From contig OZ193910.1 of the NCBI GenBank assembly GCA_964276515.1, positions 868,001-932,000 of the forward strand: a stretch of DNA of 64,000 bases, read 5' to 3'. Below are positions 14,039 through 27,700 of the stretch, in pieces. The first letter of the stretch is position 1. Every line of letters begins with the position of its first letter. The notes beneath the pieces are model-generated. The model had not been told where the DNA came from and made no database searches. It worked only from the letters and a program-made list of their open reading frames with translations. This DNA comes from Gordius albopunctatus (Eukaryota). Made by a program: the position numbers and the translations under genes.

Positions 14039-14353
14039 CAGTCGAAACTTCATAATCGCAAATCGGATTATCGCGGAAATCTTTCAATCGCGAAGTTAAC
14101 CGCCATTTTGTTTTTTTTCAAACGATAATATCAACAAAAACATCGTTTATTGACAAATCGCTTAATAGTACAATATCGGATATTCACAAACATTTTCGAG
14201 TCCTTAAATCAACCAGATAATTAGATAAAATATCGTTTTATTGCGAAGCGTAAGAAATGAATATTTAATATAATGTACATATACCTTTTTCCCCATGGTT
14301 TAATCGCGAAATTTTTTCAGGCCCAAGGCTTTGCAATTAAACGGTTTTGACTG
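14039..14353. mobile_element. Tc1/mariner (pogo/Tigger-like) MITE
   Basis: TA-CAGTCGAAAC ... GTTTTGACTG-TA imperfect TIRs with TA target duplication. Confidence 0.7.
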
Positions 14354-14660
14354 TATAAATGTTTTTGGTTCAGGTAAGACTAAGGGTCCACTCTGGTCTG
14401 GCCTTCAAATGTCGGCTAAGCCTGGAGGTGAACTAAGAAAAACAGGCACCAAGAACTTTGGTCTGTTATGCGAAGTCTACTAAAACCACAGTTCTACCAA
14501 ACAAGACCCAGCACCTCCCTTCAGGGCCGCAAATATAATTTATCCGTTCAGCGAATTGATCCAACAAAAATGCTGAGAATTATAAAAAGCCAGGTTTGCA
14601 CATTTCATAGATTTGGGGGAAATCAAAGTATAGATTTCAAACTAATCGTGTCAAACGAGA

Positions 14661-14825
14661 TCAAAACTGAGCAAATAAATCAAAATCTCCAAAATTTGAT
14701 TATATAGGGTAGACCTCAAAACTGAGCAAATAAATCAAAATCTCCAAAATTAGATTATATAGGGTAGACCTCAAAACTGAGCAAATAAATCAAAATCTCC
14801 AAAATTAGATTATATAGGGTAGACC
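14661..14825. repeat. Three tandem copies of a 55-bp unit
   Basis: TCAAAACTGAGCAAATAAATCAAAATCTCCAAAATT(A/T)GATTATATAGGGTAGACC starts at 14661, 14716 and 14771. Confidence 0.95.
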
Positions 14826-15739
14826 GGGGACTTAATAGCCATGAAAAATCAAATCACGTTTAAAAAAAACGAATAAAGTTTTTTATATATTTTTTATTGG
14901 AATACATTTTTATAGTCAATTTCTACTATGGGAAAAAAAATCGAGAAAAATATGCGTATAGTTTTTCCATAAATTCAGTTTAAAAAATCAAAAATCCTAG
15001 AAATTTTAAAAGTGCCCGGGGCTAGTTATAGTCCTGTTCAGGGGATAGATTAACCCCGAGGTTTCATTTCTTATTAGTGTATGCTAACTCAAATCAATAA
15101 ATAGATTGTTTCATCACAAAAAACATAGAGAATGCAAATGCAATATTATTGTATATTATATAACACAAATAAAAAGGGGTCAAGATGACAATCTGAAATA
15201 AGCATATTTAAAAGACAGATTCTGCGATGGAAAAAACTTTTAATCGTTTTTTATATATATAATCATAGTCTATTTCTATTCCAAAATACAATAAGTTGGA
15301 TTATTAAACAAAATTTTGATTTTTTAAATCTTGTCACTTGTAAGACATAATGAAAAATGGCTAGCAATAGCCACCTCTCCGACTAGGCTCTACCTATCCT
15401 TTTGTAAACAATTAATAATTTAACATCTTATATTACGAATAAAAATTTAATCATTAAACCGTTTTTATATAAAAAATATCGATTTTTAAGATAAAACTTA
15501 AATTAGTCTGAAATATATATAGGCAAAACAATTTTATGTGCAAAATACAAAATTTTGTCAAGGCTACTAATAGCCCCAAAAAATCGTTTTTGTTCTATAA
15601 AAATTTTTAATTTTATTTTTTCCAAAGCAAAATTTTTTTTGCTTACACCTTATGAGAAAATACACGTGTGGTTTAAATTTTAATTTAAAAAAAGATAATA
15701 GTAACCCCGGGCTACGATACGAACATGCCCGTTCTCCCC
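14817..15739. mobile_element. Second copy of the GGGGAGACCG-TIR non-autonomous DNA transposon
   Basis: TA-GGGTAGACCGGGG ... CCCGTTCTCCCC-TA; long internal identity with 9597-10374 (e.g. TTCTTATTAGTGTATGCTAACTCAAATCAATAAA, TTTGTCAAGGCTACTAATAGCCCCAAAAAATCGTTTT). Confidence 0.8.
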
Positions 15740-16229
15740 TATTTAGAGAACTAAAAGAAATATTAATTTTCAAATAATTAAATGGTATACAAAAAATTAT
15801 ATGCACGACTAAAAAAATATAAAAACGCGCTATAACTAAACGGGTGGCATTGATCCGTGTGCATGGAAATCATGTTGGATTTAACGACGATTTCCATCGT
15901 GATCTTTAATAATCGAATATTTGCATTGAAAACACCAACCAATACAACTTTTTATTTATATTAATATATATATTACTACAAATATGATATTGGCGTAAAA
16001 TATTTTGGTTCTTCTAAACAAATAACCTATAACAACAATGTAATGTTTGTTAAATAAATTGCCAAATTAAATCACAATTCTATTTTATATATTGGGTTCT
16101 GTAATTGTCAAGGATGTAACAAAAAAGTAATAACGAATACATCTAACAGAACTTAACCAAATGATGTTCCTTGATTTAAATGAAGGAGATAGATAGAGAG
16201 AAGCTATGTTAGATTATCATACATATATC

Positions 16230-16438
16230 TAGAGTTGTTAAATTGCTAACTTTCTTCAAACTCCAGACGCGAGCACGCACACTGGGTTGCCTAATATGCG
16301 CGTTAGGACCACTATATGTGCTCTCTGTTCGGTGCACTAGGCGGAGCAGTAGCATATAAAAATGCTCGAGGACCGAGCAGAAACTCGAGCAGATGGTGGT
16401 GGCTGGAGTTGAAGAAAGTTAGCAATTTAACAACTCTA
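16230..16438. mobile_element. hAT-type MITE with ~37-bp TIR and 8-bp TSD CATATATC
   Basis: TAGAGTTGTTAAATTGCTAACTTTCTTCAAACTCCAG / CTGGAGTTGAAGAAAGTTAGCAATTTAACAACTCTA; CATATATC at 16222-16229 and 16439-16446. Confidence 0.93.
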
Positions 16439-16623
16439 CATATATCATATATATATACTCTGTGTAAATATTTCAACATTTTGGGTGGGTGTCGATTGTT
16501 AACAATATAAATAGATGGAAAAGTAACTTTGAGCAATGATACAAGTAAGAAATGTTTTGCAAAAAAATAATATATAAGGAAATCCACGATGATCCAAATT
16601 CCACTGGGTTGATGCACGTTTAC

Positions 16624-19600
16624 TCATTCTATCACTGGTTTGTAGACGAGAGTGGTTACATATTTCTTGTGATGTCTATGCGTACAACTCAGCACCATTA
16701 CCCCATCCTAAAATATCAATTTTGACAAAAATAAAAGTATTTCTATCAAATATTTCATGGATAGACTGCTCAGTAACTTTAAATAAGTGCACCATTTTTC
16801 CGTTATTTTGAAATGGGCTCAATCAAGGGAAGGGACATATAGATAATTATAGTAATTTTGGTTAAGGGAATCAAAAATATTGAACTAGTTGCACATTAAA
16901 ATATCCAAAATTCATAAAAAATACTGGGATGACGTGATGTTGTTGAAGCAATTCAGCGCCATCTGCATTTTACTAAATTATAAGCATTTGTTAACATTCC
17001 TTATTTTATTGATTAACTAAGGAGGAGGAAGTAAGAGGTAAATTCATTTTTTCCCTTTCAACGATGTGAGTTACTACAACAGTGCACAACAACGAGACGG
17101 GAGACCCTGTGAAACATGTGACATGGGCAGCAGCCTATGTATTAGTATAACTATATATCAGGAGGATCCAGACTTATATTTATGAAAAGCTTAACGACTC
17201 TTCTTACATAACTTTAGGTGTAGCAAGCAGCTACTAAGGTAGTAATGTTAAAAAATATAACGCGGCATAAAAAATATAACGGGGTCCGGAAGGTACTTTG
17301 ATAGACAGAGCGTAGAGGTGGTTTATCATGACGTGCGTGGGTTCGGGCAGGAGTTCGGGTTCGTAACTGAAGGGGATATCTTTATTCAACGGCACTTGCA
17401 GCAGCTGAGGAGGCAAAAAGGGAGGACCGCTCGAAGGTACATTACCACAAGAGGTATTACTAGTGGTGCCAAATAACCGATCCCAATCGGCTAACAATCT
17501 CGCCGATGGAATGTCTTGAGTATACCCTTTATCGTGACTGTAATGATGAACTCCCCCGGTTGCCCCTGGCAAAAAAGTTGCGTGGAGAACTTTATAAAGT
17601 TAACCGTACGACAAGGCCCCAAAATAAAAATGGACCTGGGACTCAGGCTGAAGGTGGTCAACAAACCAAAGCGAACTAACGCGGTAATGAGCTAGTTTTT
17701 AGGCGAAAGTGAGACTTTTACACAACCATAAGTGTATATATAATATCAAATTAAAAAGCGAAGTTGAAATAGCGTAGCAATTAAGAAACACCGGTTACCG
17801 TCAATTACAGATAAAAATAGCGTCTCGTATATCAAATAACTTAAGGACTGTGTAATATAGTTAGGGAGATAGGTCCGACCCGGGCCTCTAAAGTCGAGCC
17901 GGGCCGGGTCCATACCTCCGTTGGATGAATCGGATGAATGTCGGTATTGTGATTCCGTGTCGGCAAAATCATAGGCCAAGGCGTCGAAAACCTCGAAATC
18001 CGATTTTTTAACGTGTATCACGTTGTTACGTCCGCCCATCGTATCACCCACCGTAGGCTGTACACATCAAATTATATTTGCGATAAAAAGTTAAAAATAT
18101 TGACACATTTTTAGATGAAACCTTTGGCCTATCTAAGTTTTGTCGAGCTCGAGGCTTAGTCGTCGAACTTCGGGAAAGCGGACCAGAATCCACCGTCAGT
18201 CTTCTTAGTTAAACCAAAGGCGGAGGAGCAAACAAACACGCCCCTTATCTTATTTATAAAAAGCCGAGCTACATATTAATTTAGTTTTTCCCATACACGA
18301 ACTATACACCATGGTGGACAGGGGGACGTCGCAATTTATTCGCTAACTTATGAAGGAGCGGCTATCTTGGTTCGCGTATCAACACGAACTATCCGACGAA
18401 CTTTGGTATCAATTTGCAAAAGTATCAAAAAGCATTATTGCTAGATGAAGGAAATGACACTTCTTGGAAAATTCTGGCTTGTAATGCGTTAAATTTATAT
18501 ATTGAAAGTCAAAGTGATCGGGGAGAAAGATAATAAGCCAAAGACTAAAGTACAGTTAGCGCCATCTATGAGGTAATTAAATTATCCTTGCTTCTACAAC
18601 TTTGGCACCTCGTTACCACCACAATTGTGCTCATACAAAATTGGAAATGCATACTGGCCGGCTATTTTTCAACTTCCTCTCATATAATAATAAGCTAGAG
18701 TAGAGTATCCAAAATTCAAATACTTGAATTTAATTCTTCACTGTACGTTCGCACAGTTTTATTTTTCTAGCTAAAAATTTGCAATTACAAAATATTTTTT
18801 AGAGTATGTATGATATACTATTATGCTGAGATCGATGGATATAAGCGAATTCGGGATTTTTTACAAAAACTATTTAACTCACTAAATATTTTTTTGTTTA
18901 CATGACATCGCCAAAAAATTTTGGGCTCTTTATGTTTAGTCGACTATAGTTGACAAGTTTTAAGAATATATCCAATATTTTACCATGTGGTTGTTGTGCT
19001 GCCATTTGTTATCCACTAGGAATTTGTACTCGTATCGACCTTCCGGAATTTCTATGATCGTAGTGAAATCGCCCTGACTACGGATCCCCCCAAAACGTGG
19101 TAAAGCAAGGACAAAAGTTTCAAAAAAACGAAGCAAAGTAACAATTTTAAGCCATACTAACCTGACATCTAGCAAATTTCATACCCTTTAAACCGCAGTT
19201 TTATTTCATAAAATATATGGCGATATTTTTAACTAATGAAAGCTTTTTCTTAAAAAAGAGTATGAAAATTTTAAAAATCTTTCCATAGTATTGTTAATCA
19301 CCTTTTAATTTGTCGTTACAAATTTTAACTAATCCCCTCTCTCTCTCTCTTTATAAAATTAGTTATCCTTGAAGCTAATGGCCAAATTCGTCGTAAACCC
19401 TAATCTCGAAAAGACATTATTCGCACAATAAAAAGATGCAAAAGGGCGATATCGTAGTAACAAATTAATTAAAATCAATATTTTAAATATCGTGATCGAG
19501 AAACGTAAAACGAATTAAAAAGTTGGCTTTTGTCCAAATAGAGGAGGGGGCATAGTCAGCATTGAAATCATGGACATTTTTTGAAGCCAGAATCATGATC

Positions 19601-22224
19601 AATTTTTGTATTTAGAGGGCCACATGGGCACAGACCCGCCCCCTGGTTGCGACCGTGCCATTATACGCAAGTAAGACAATCGATCAAACTTTTTGTTCCC
19701 CTTTCCACAAGAATACCTACGACCTATGATGAAAGTCCCCGTTAACTTGCATAAAAGGACAAGGCAAGGCCCTCGTTATTTTGGCTTGAAGAGTGCGCGA
19801 CCTTGGATCGTTTTAATAATGTCCCAACAACAATGTTATACATACACACATAAGTCGCGTGATAGAGCAATTCGAATTTGGCTTGTTCCCCACTTGAATT
19901 ATATATAATTTTGAAAGTATACTCCCCAGAGCCTCTTGTTTTAGATTTATTTTAATAATATGACATAGATTAGGGGTTGAAAGAGGTTTTTAATTACATT
20001 AAAAAATGCGCCCAAATGGAAGTCGATGCTAAAGATCGACGGAAACAAGGAAGTTATAGCAACTTGGCAAAAAGCATAAAGTACTGAGCATTTCTAATAC
20101 AACTCACTCCCCTTTCTCATCACGCTCTAAATTTGTTAAAATTCATTTTACAATCGTGGCATCATACACCGGAGTTTATTTTTAAATCCATTTTCTTATG
20201 ATAGATTTGGGTTGTGACTGTGAGACAATAAAATCAAACTTTCAAAAGGTGCAAAATTGAGTGCACCACGATGGTGTCAGCATTGACCAAATGCAGGATC
20301 GACTAAAAAAGGTTTTTTGTCTAACATTAGCAAGAAAAGGCATAAAGGGAGGGGCACCCACAGAGATATAATTTGAAATTAAATTTCGCCTTTTAAAATT
20401 TCAAATATATTATCTAGCTAGAATTTGTGTAAAAAGTGATACAATTTTGATATAGCTGGCTCCCAAATATCAAACATAAATCGATGAAGAGATGTTATCT
20501 TAAGGTTTTCGGAACAGATTTCATAAACTTTTTTTTAAATAAATATTGATGAAGTAATTAAATAATGTACGTACAAAAACACTATGATATTCAATATGAT
20601 TTAAATGAAATATGTGAATAAAAGTAAGTTAAACCCTAAAATTATTGTGTAGATTGTAGTCTCTGACCCCCATTCTATTAGTTATAGACTTAGTTTAAAA
20701 AATTTCAAAGGTTTTTTTGCTATTAAATGCTTTAAAATATTAACAAAATATAGTAGTTATATGCATACAAAAAGTAGGCAAAGAAGCTTTCCAAATTTTG
20801 ATATTACATAAACTAACAAATTTTGCAATAAGACATTTAAAATATGGCACTAGTTTTATTAATTTCAAAATGTAATATCTAAAAATTTGATCATTTTCAA
20901 GCTATGTAAATTGAATCTTTTTATTTATCATTATTTGGTAAGTTTAGAAATGAATATAACTAATTTTAAATAAAAGCCATTTTTAAAATAATAGCAATAG
21001 CAGTTATTAAATTTTTCACAAAAACCTTATTTTAAAATACATTTGTTAAATAAAGGAAAACTATGAGGAAATATAAATGTTTGAAAATTATTGGGAAGGA
21101 AATTTGATAATAGATATCATTTAAAGTTATCTAAGATGCAAAAGATTTGCGAAAATTAAAGGATTAATTATATCTATTTAGATTTAATCTGTAATTTTGT
21201 TTGAGTTTAAAATAATGAATGTTTTTATTTAAATATAATTGGTAAATTATATGATTTAAATATAAATTCTTATTTAAAAACTAAATTTTGTTTACAATTT
21301 TCATTAATTTTGGAGGAACTTTAAAACAAATAAAAATATTTAAATTTAAATAAGGTTCCAAAAGTTTATCAACTTAAAACTTGTTAGTAAGCTTTGACAG
21401 ATTAGATTTTAATATCTAACATGTTTTTTAAAAATCATATATATTTGCTAAAAAATACAACAAAACCCCAAAACATTAAATTTAATAATTAATTCCCTTT
21501 TAAAATGAAGGATACCTAGGAACTAAGGGTATTTTGGATTTCCAATCATCCCAACTACCCACAAGGTAAACTGTTTTGGGGGGATGTTGATTATGATGTT
21601 GAGATGATGTAATTTCTTCAGGAACCTTTGAATCTACTTTGGTAATCCATCTAAAGACAGTGGGTAACACTTTAACTCCTCCCATTTTATTTGCATACCA
21701 TTCTGTGTAAATCTCACCTTTCTTTTTAGAACTAGTAAAGTTTGATGGGTTGGCTTGACTAATTGTTTTTGACCTAGGTCTTTGGTAAGGTTCGGTGGCA
21801 TCACAGAGTTTTAAGGAATTAGAAGCACCAGAAATGATATGATTCAAGTCAAGGAAGTGCTAAATAAAAGGAAAACACATTACCCATAACCAAACAAAGC
21901 AAAATACTATTTCTTTAAAAATAGATATTATTTAAAATCACTAATGAGAAAACTCATGAAATAGAACAATATTAAAAAAAAGATAGATAAAATTGTATTT
22001 GTTCAGTAAATCCGATTGCATCAGCAATATGTAAATAATAAGTAAATAATAAATTTTAAAATTATTTTTTTTACTTTTTTATGTATGTGGGTACTCGGGC
22101 GGCCATCATCATTGGAATTATGTCTGCTATAATTTCGACCCTTTTTACCAAAGTTGAGATCAAAAAACGAACTATCTTTGTTGGGTGACAATGATTCATG
22201 CCGTCTAGATTGAACCGTGCCCAT
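16624..22224 (-). CDS. PRKAB: AMP-activated protein kinase beta subunit; six exons: 22224-22075, 21859-21516, 19077-18984, 18057-17916, 17565-17297, 16707-16624
   Basis: Phase-consistent GT-AG splicing gives N-myristoylation start MGTVQS, glycogen-binding CBM (PTVFRW...VYLVGSWDDW...YEYKFLVDNKW), SDFEVFDAL, PPFLPPQL, LPEPTHVMINHLYALSIKDGVMVLS...KKYVTTLVYKP. Confidence 0.93.
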
Positions 22225-23914
22225 AATTGATATGGCAAGTATGAATGAACAAGCTGATTATAAATGTACTTCAATTGATCATGCATTTTAATTAAGTTTT
22301 TTGTACACATTTCTGTATAAGTTTTAGGTAATTTTAGCAATGTATACAAATTAGAAATTTATGCTAAATAAAATGTGCCAGTGAATATCCTGAATATCAA
22401 AAATTTTATAAATTTACATTTCAAAAAATTCGGGCCCCGCTCGGGTCGGGCCTGAGTGAAAAAATATTTCGGGCTAGGGACGGGATCGAGCAAAATAAAA
22501 TAAAAATAGTTGGGCTTTAGCCGGGCTCAGGCTGAAAAAATTTTATTTTGCAGGGGTTTAAATACATGTAACTAATTGCTTAAAAGCTCTATTAAGGGGC
22601 TTACTAATCTATGTTCTAAAAATAGAAATATTTCTTTATTAGGTTTTAACCAACGGTTAAATTAGTTCTTGGAGCTTTTTAGAGAAAATTTTTATTGCCC
22701 CAGATGCGCCGAAGTTATTTCAATCGAAACCGCCACCGGAATTTTTAATAAATAAATACACAACCTTCTATATCCCCGAAAATTAGATAACTAAAGGATT
22801 TATTAATTTAGATTCCAAATTGAAGAATATTTTCGATGCTTCACATTTATTTATTTAAAATTTATGGATCCGCGAAATAAGTTTATTAAGTTCTCTCTTC
22901 TGAGGGGTTACATTTTCGCAGAATATATATTTTTTCTGTAAGCGAAAATAAAAATGTGTAGTAAAAAATAAATATCACTAAATCATGGTAATTAAAATCG
23001 ACAAGGCCAGGTAATTAAAATATCTATTTTTATCATAGCGATACTACAAATATGAATCATCATAAACGAAACGCGTACAAGTATGTGTGAGGGGGGGGGA
23101 TAAAAAGGGTAATAAAAAAACGTTAAGTACACTACAAACACCTCACAACCTTTAACCTCCACTGCTTCACTTTTTTCCACGAAGCTCTCAAATCATTTTT
23201 TTGAATAAAATGTGAGTGGGGAGGACGGAGTTTTATATATGCTGTATATTTTTGTGATACAAAAGATGGTGTGAGGTCTCGTAAAGGGTGGAGGGAGAGG
23301 ATATAAATAAAATATTCAAGTTTGTTTATTTCTAGATTTGTTAAAATTATTTAGAGGTTTAAGATATTGTAGATAAGAATGCAAATTGTAATTTTCTGCG
23401 TTTAAGAACAGTTTATTTTGCTAAAGAAACTGAATTTATTTGTTAACTTCTGATTACTATCTAATGGATAGTTTTTTCTATCTTATGAAATATTAGAGAA
23501 GAAATAATTATGATCTGATAATGAATGTACCTTAATTATTATCTGTATTATGATTAATAAATCTAATTAAAATATATATTACAACAGTTATGAAATTTAT
23601 TACCATATCTATATATTTATAGATGTAAATTAATATTTCATTGTCTGCGTACATAACAAATTTTAAAGTATGTATCCAAATCTACTTGGCAGATATGTAG
23701 TGAATAAATGGGGAGTGGGGCTCTATCCTTAATATGTGGGAGAAATGATGACAGGTTGTGAATTTGTTTAAATAAAATAGCAGTAGTTAGGCCATTAATA
23801 TAAGATAATATGGGGGATTTCGAGAAATATATTCTAAAAAAACCATTGCCTTACCAATAAAATTTTTTCTAATATTTCTCAATACAAACCGATTATAATA
23901 ATATACCTGGTGCC

Positions 23915-24560
23915 TAGAGCCCTGCAAAATGAAATTTCTTCTGTCCGAGCCCGGCCCCACTTCTCAATTTTTATTTTGTCCGAGCCCGGGCCGAGCCCAA
24001 AAGATTTTTTTATCTTTGGCCCGACACGATTTAAAAAAAAAATTTTCAGAAATATTTTTTTGAAAATTATTTCACCATCTTAATATAAAATGCATTAGAT
24101 TGTTATTACACGTATTTACAACTAGGATAAGTTTCAAATAAAAATTTTTTAACTCATTATAATTTATTCGGTTAATCATGTAAAGCTAAAAATTTAACTT
24201 TATAATATATCTTTTTAACAGTTCAAACAAAAAAAACCTTTTGAAATATTTACTTATCTTATTTCTAAAGTTGTAACAGCTACTATAAATCTATTTAAAT
24301 ACTAGAAAAGATTTGCACTTCAGGTCAATTATAGTATAATAGACAAGGGAAAAAGCTAAAATTTTGAAGCTATATAATGTACGCTGTGCGAAAAATAATT
24401 ATTTAATATTGAATTTTATTTAAATCCTATTTTATTAGAGATTAATTTGTTTTAGTTCGATTCGAGCCGGGCTGGGGCCGCCACACCAGGCCCGACCCAA
24501 ACCACGATTATATTATAAAATTTTGCCCGAGCCCTGCCCGAAACCCGGTGCAGGGCTCTA
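23915..24560. mobile_element. hAT-type MITE, TIR TAGAGCCCTGCA, 8-bp TSD CTGGTGCC; related CCGAGCCCGGCCC-rich fragments near 22430-22560, 25130-25450, 26560-26665, 62650-62790
   Basis: Perfect 12-bp TIRs; CTGGTGCC at 23907-23914 and 24561-24568. Confidence 0.92.
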
Positions 24561-24562
24561 CT

Positions 24563-24702
24563 GGTGCCCTATCAACTCGCCGAATTTAATGTCCCCCGGT
24601 TAAAAAAGGTCCCCCATTCAACCAATCACAAAATGGGGGACCTTCTTTAACCGGGGAACATTAAATTCGGCGAGATGGTTTTCGGCAAGTTGACGGGCCA
24701 CC
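24563..24702. mobile_element. Small palindromic MITE (GGTGCCCTATCAACTCGCCGAA end); inverted copy at ~45082-45233
   Basis: TCAACTCGCCGAA / TTCGGCAAGTTGA inverted repeats and internal AATTTAATGTCCCCGGTTAAA/TTTAACCGGGGAACATTAAATT palindrome; homologous to 45082-45233. Confidence 0.75.
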
Positions 24703-27700
24703 TTGTAAATTCACTTAAGCTTTTAGAAAAATAGGTAGTTAAAGAAATAATAAACTTATGATCAATACAAAAATAAATTGTAACAGCATTTAATATAACT
24801 TTTATAAAATATAAATATCAAAATTAGTTAGTTTAATTTAAGATGATTAAGAAATACCCTTCTCCATTTAAGTAGAAAATGTATGGAAATCCAAATATTT
24901 CTTATATTTTTCATGCATAATTTATTTTTTCATTAGAGCATGCTGATAGAAATCGTCTTCAGGATATAATTTATATTCCAACTCCACACTACAATTACAG
25001 GGTTGGTGATTTTCTTGCATCGGAAGTCATCACATGTATATGGATGAGCAGTCTATTAGTCTATGATTATAATAGACAGAGGGGAAAAGGTGGAGTTTGG
25101 AACAGAGGTCAGATTTGTTGGGAATTTTCTGCCCGAACCCGGCCCGACTAAATTTTTTACTTTCATTGCCCGCCCGGGTCCACCCAAACCCATCTAAGTG
25201 TCCACCGGGGCCCGCCCGAATTGTTAAAGCTGCCTGAATTGCTCGGCCCGAAATATTAAATTTGCCCGTTAGTCTCGAATTAATGAGGTCACAAAAGAAG
25301 GTCGGAGTAGTTTAAATTTTTCTGCCCGAACCCGGCCCGGTCCAAATTTTTAACTAAATTGCCCGCCTGAACCCTTCTAAGTGTCGGCTCAGCCATGCCC
25401 AAACCATTAGAGCTGCCCGGCTTGATTAATAAAATTTTCCCGGTAGACCCGAAATTATCCAATCCCAATATCTTTCAACCACTATTACAAAATAAGCATT
25501 AAATTAATGGCATATTGATCCAAAAAAAGATGACAATATTTTATTATTCATATCGTCGACAATTTCCGTGGATAATCTTGTGCGTCTTTCCTCTATTAAT
25601 CTTTTCTTTCACTAGCAGCACTCGTCGCCGGGATGGCAAAGAGTATTTTTGTAAACCTTGCTAATTTAGGATACCTAAAATAGTTATAATTTTTAATAAC
25701 TTTAATGTGACTTGTTTGCTTTATTTTTCCACGGTGTTTTTTAGTTGTTAAGAAATTAAATGCATTACAATTATGCGCATCGTTAGAAAAAGTCTAGACG
25801 GCACACATGTGTAGTGCATTGCGAACAATGAAATGTCTTTGGCTACATAAATAATCCAATCCTTTCCATAATGGAGTAGGGCAAAGATTTAACTGAAGGC
25901 GATAAAAATGTAATAAAATAATTTACTACCAGAGAGTAAAATGGTTTCTTCCATAGTATTAGATTAGAGTAGCAGTATACATGGACGTAGCCAGCATTAA
26001 AATTAGAGGGGGGCAATAATGATTTAGGGAGGGGCAAAATGATCATATTTTGAAAATTTAGCCATAATTTTAATACATTTTAACAAATTTTTGAGTTTAG
26101 AGGGGGCAGCTGCCCCTTCCTGCTCCCTCCCCTTGTCTACGCCTATGGCAGTTTAAATCGTTGTGATTTTATTCTTTTATAATATAATCTGAAAATTAAA
26201 AATTTTTGATCTTGAGACAAACCAGTTAAACTAATTTATTCGAAATAAAATTTAATTCTGAAGAAGTTGAAATTAGGCCATTATATAAACGTACAATGAA
26301 TGAAGATTTAAGCGATGGAAAAAAATCTAGTCAAATTTATTATGGCCCAAAATTGTTTATAAGCGAATTTTTCTTTTTTCAAGGAAAATTAATTTGATAA
26401 AATTTTAGGCATGCCCGAATCTTATCAGCGTGCCCGCCCGAAAATTAAAATTTACTGGTCTCTGGTTTGGAAGCTATATTATGGTGATGAAGATAATTAT
26501 TTAATATTGAAATGAGTTTATTTAAATTATATTTTATAAAAGATTAATTTGCTTTAGTTCAATTTGACGCGGGGACGGGGGCTAAGGCCCAGCCCCATTT
26601 ATTTTATAAAATTCTAGCCAAGCCCGGACCCCGAATGGGTCGCGGTTCGGGTGACCCGTGCTCTAAAAAAACGCTTTGTCAACACGACTGTGAAACATAA
26701 ATAGCGAGCTTCACCTCTCATCCAAATATCTAAGCGTGATAAAAATCTATTGGAAATTTTATATTTTATCCACGAACCTCTCGTTATCGAAATTAAGCAT
26801 TTCTAAATATTCTGCCTTTTAGCCTCAACATTCGTTGATTTTTGATGAATAGGAAAATGTTGTATTAAATATAATTATTCCACTTGATAATTACTTTGAA
26901 AACATGATCATTTAAACGATTCTTAAATCTTTGTTTTTAACCAATGTCCTTTTAAATGATTTTAATAATCGTGGTCTTGAATAAATGTTAAGAAAAAATA
27001 TAAACTTAATAATGGATTGTTATTTCATATATTACAATATTATGATTCCTTAGTAAATGTAAAAAATAAAAAGTTTATAATCTTTTATGTGCAAAACATA
27101 TTTAAAAAAACAAAAATGGCATATACTTATTTACCTAGAGTATTAAGGCAAAAATTGCATCCCACTTAACATAAAAAAATCATTGATATATATCTTGATT
27201 ATTACTTAATAGGATTAAGAGCTGCCTGCCTATTTGGACACACTCACATTATATAACAAATGAAGAAGTTTTAAGATATAATTATGACTAATAAAGTTCA
27301 ATGATTAAGAAAATTACATTGTATAAATTAGGTTAAGATGCATTTTAAGTCAAGATTAAATTATTTTAGATACTCATATTTAATGGTAAAGGTCAAATAT
27401 TTTATAAATTTAGCCAAAGTTATTTTCTTGAATGTTTAAAAAGTAATTAAAGAATATTTAAAGAGAATATAAGCTTATTATTCTTACTTGCACATTACAT
27501 TTAAAATCTGTATTTTTATTATAAATTATTTGCTAGTGTATAGTTAAATTGTAACAATGTTTATTAACATGACTTTCTAAAGCAATATTATTAAACGCTT
27601 GAAGAATATTACCAAAGCTATAAACAATATGTAATTTATTAAACACATATAATGATATTGAATAATAAGATTTTTTCAGAAAATAATTCGAAATCATTTC

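Noticed and set aside
14661..14825. CRISPR-like array
   Set aside because: The units are contiguous with no unique spacers, and the context is eukaryotic
16312..16617. ORFs 16312-16617, 16316-16510 and the similar 53576-53764 (MCSLFGALGGAV...)
   Set aside because: They arise from the non-coding MITE sequence present at both sites
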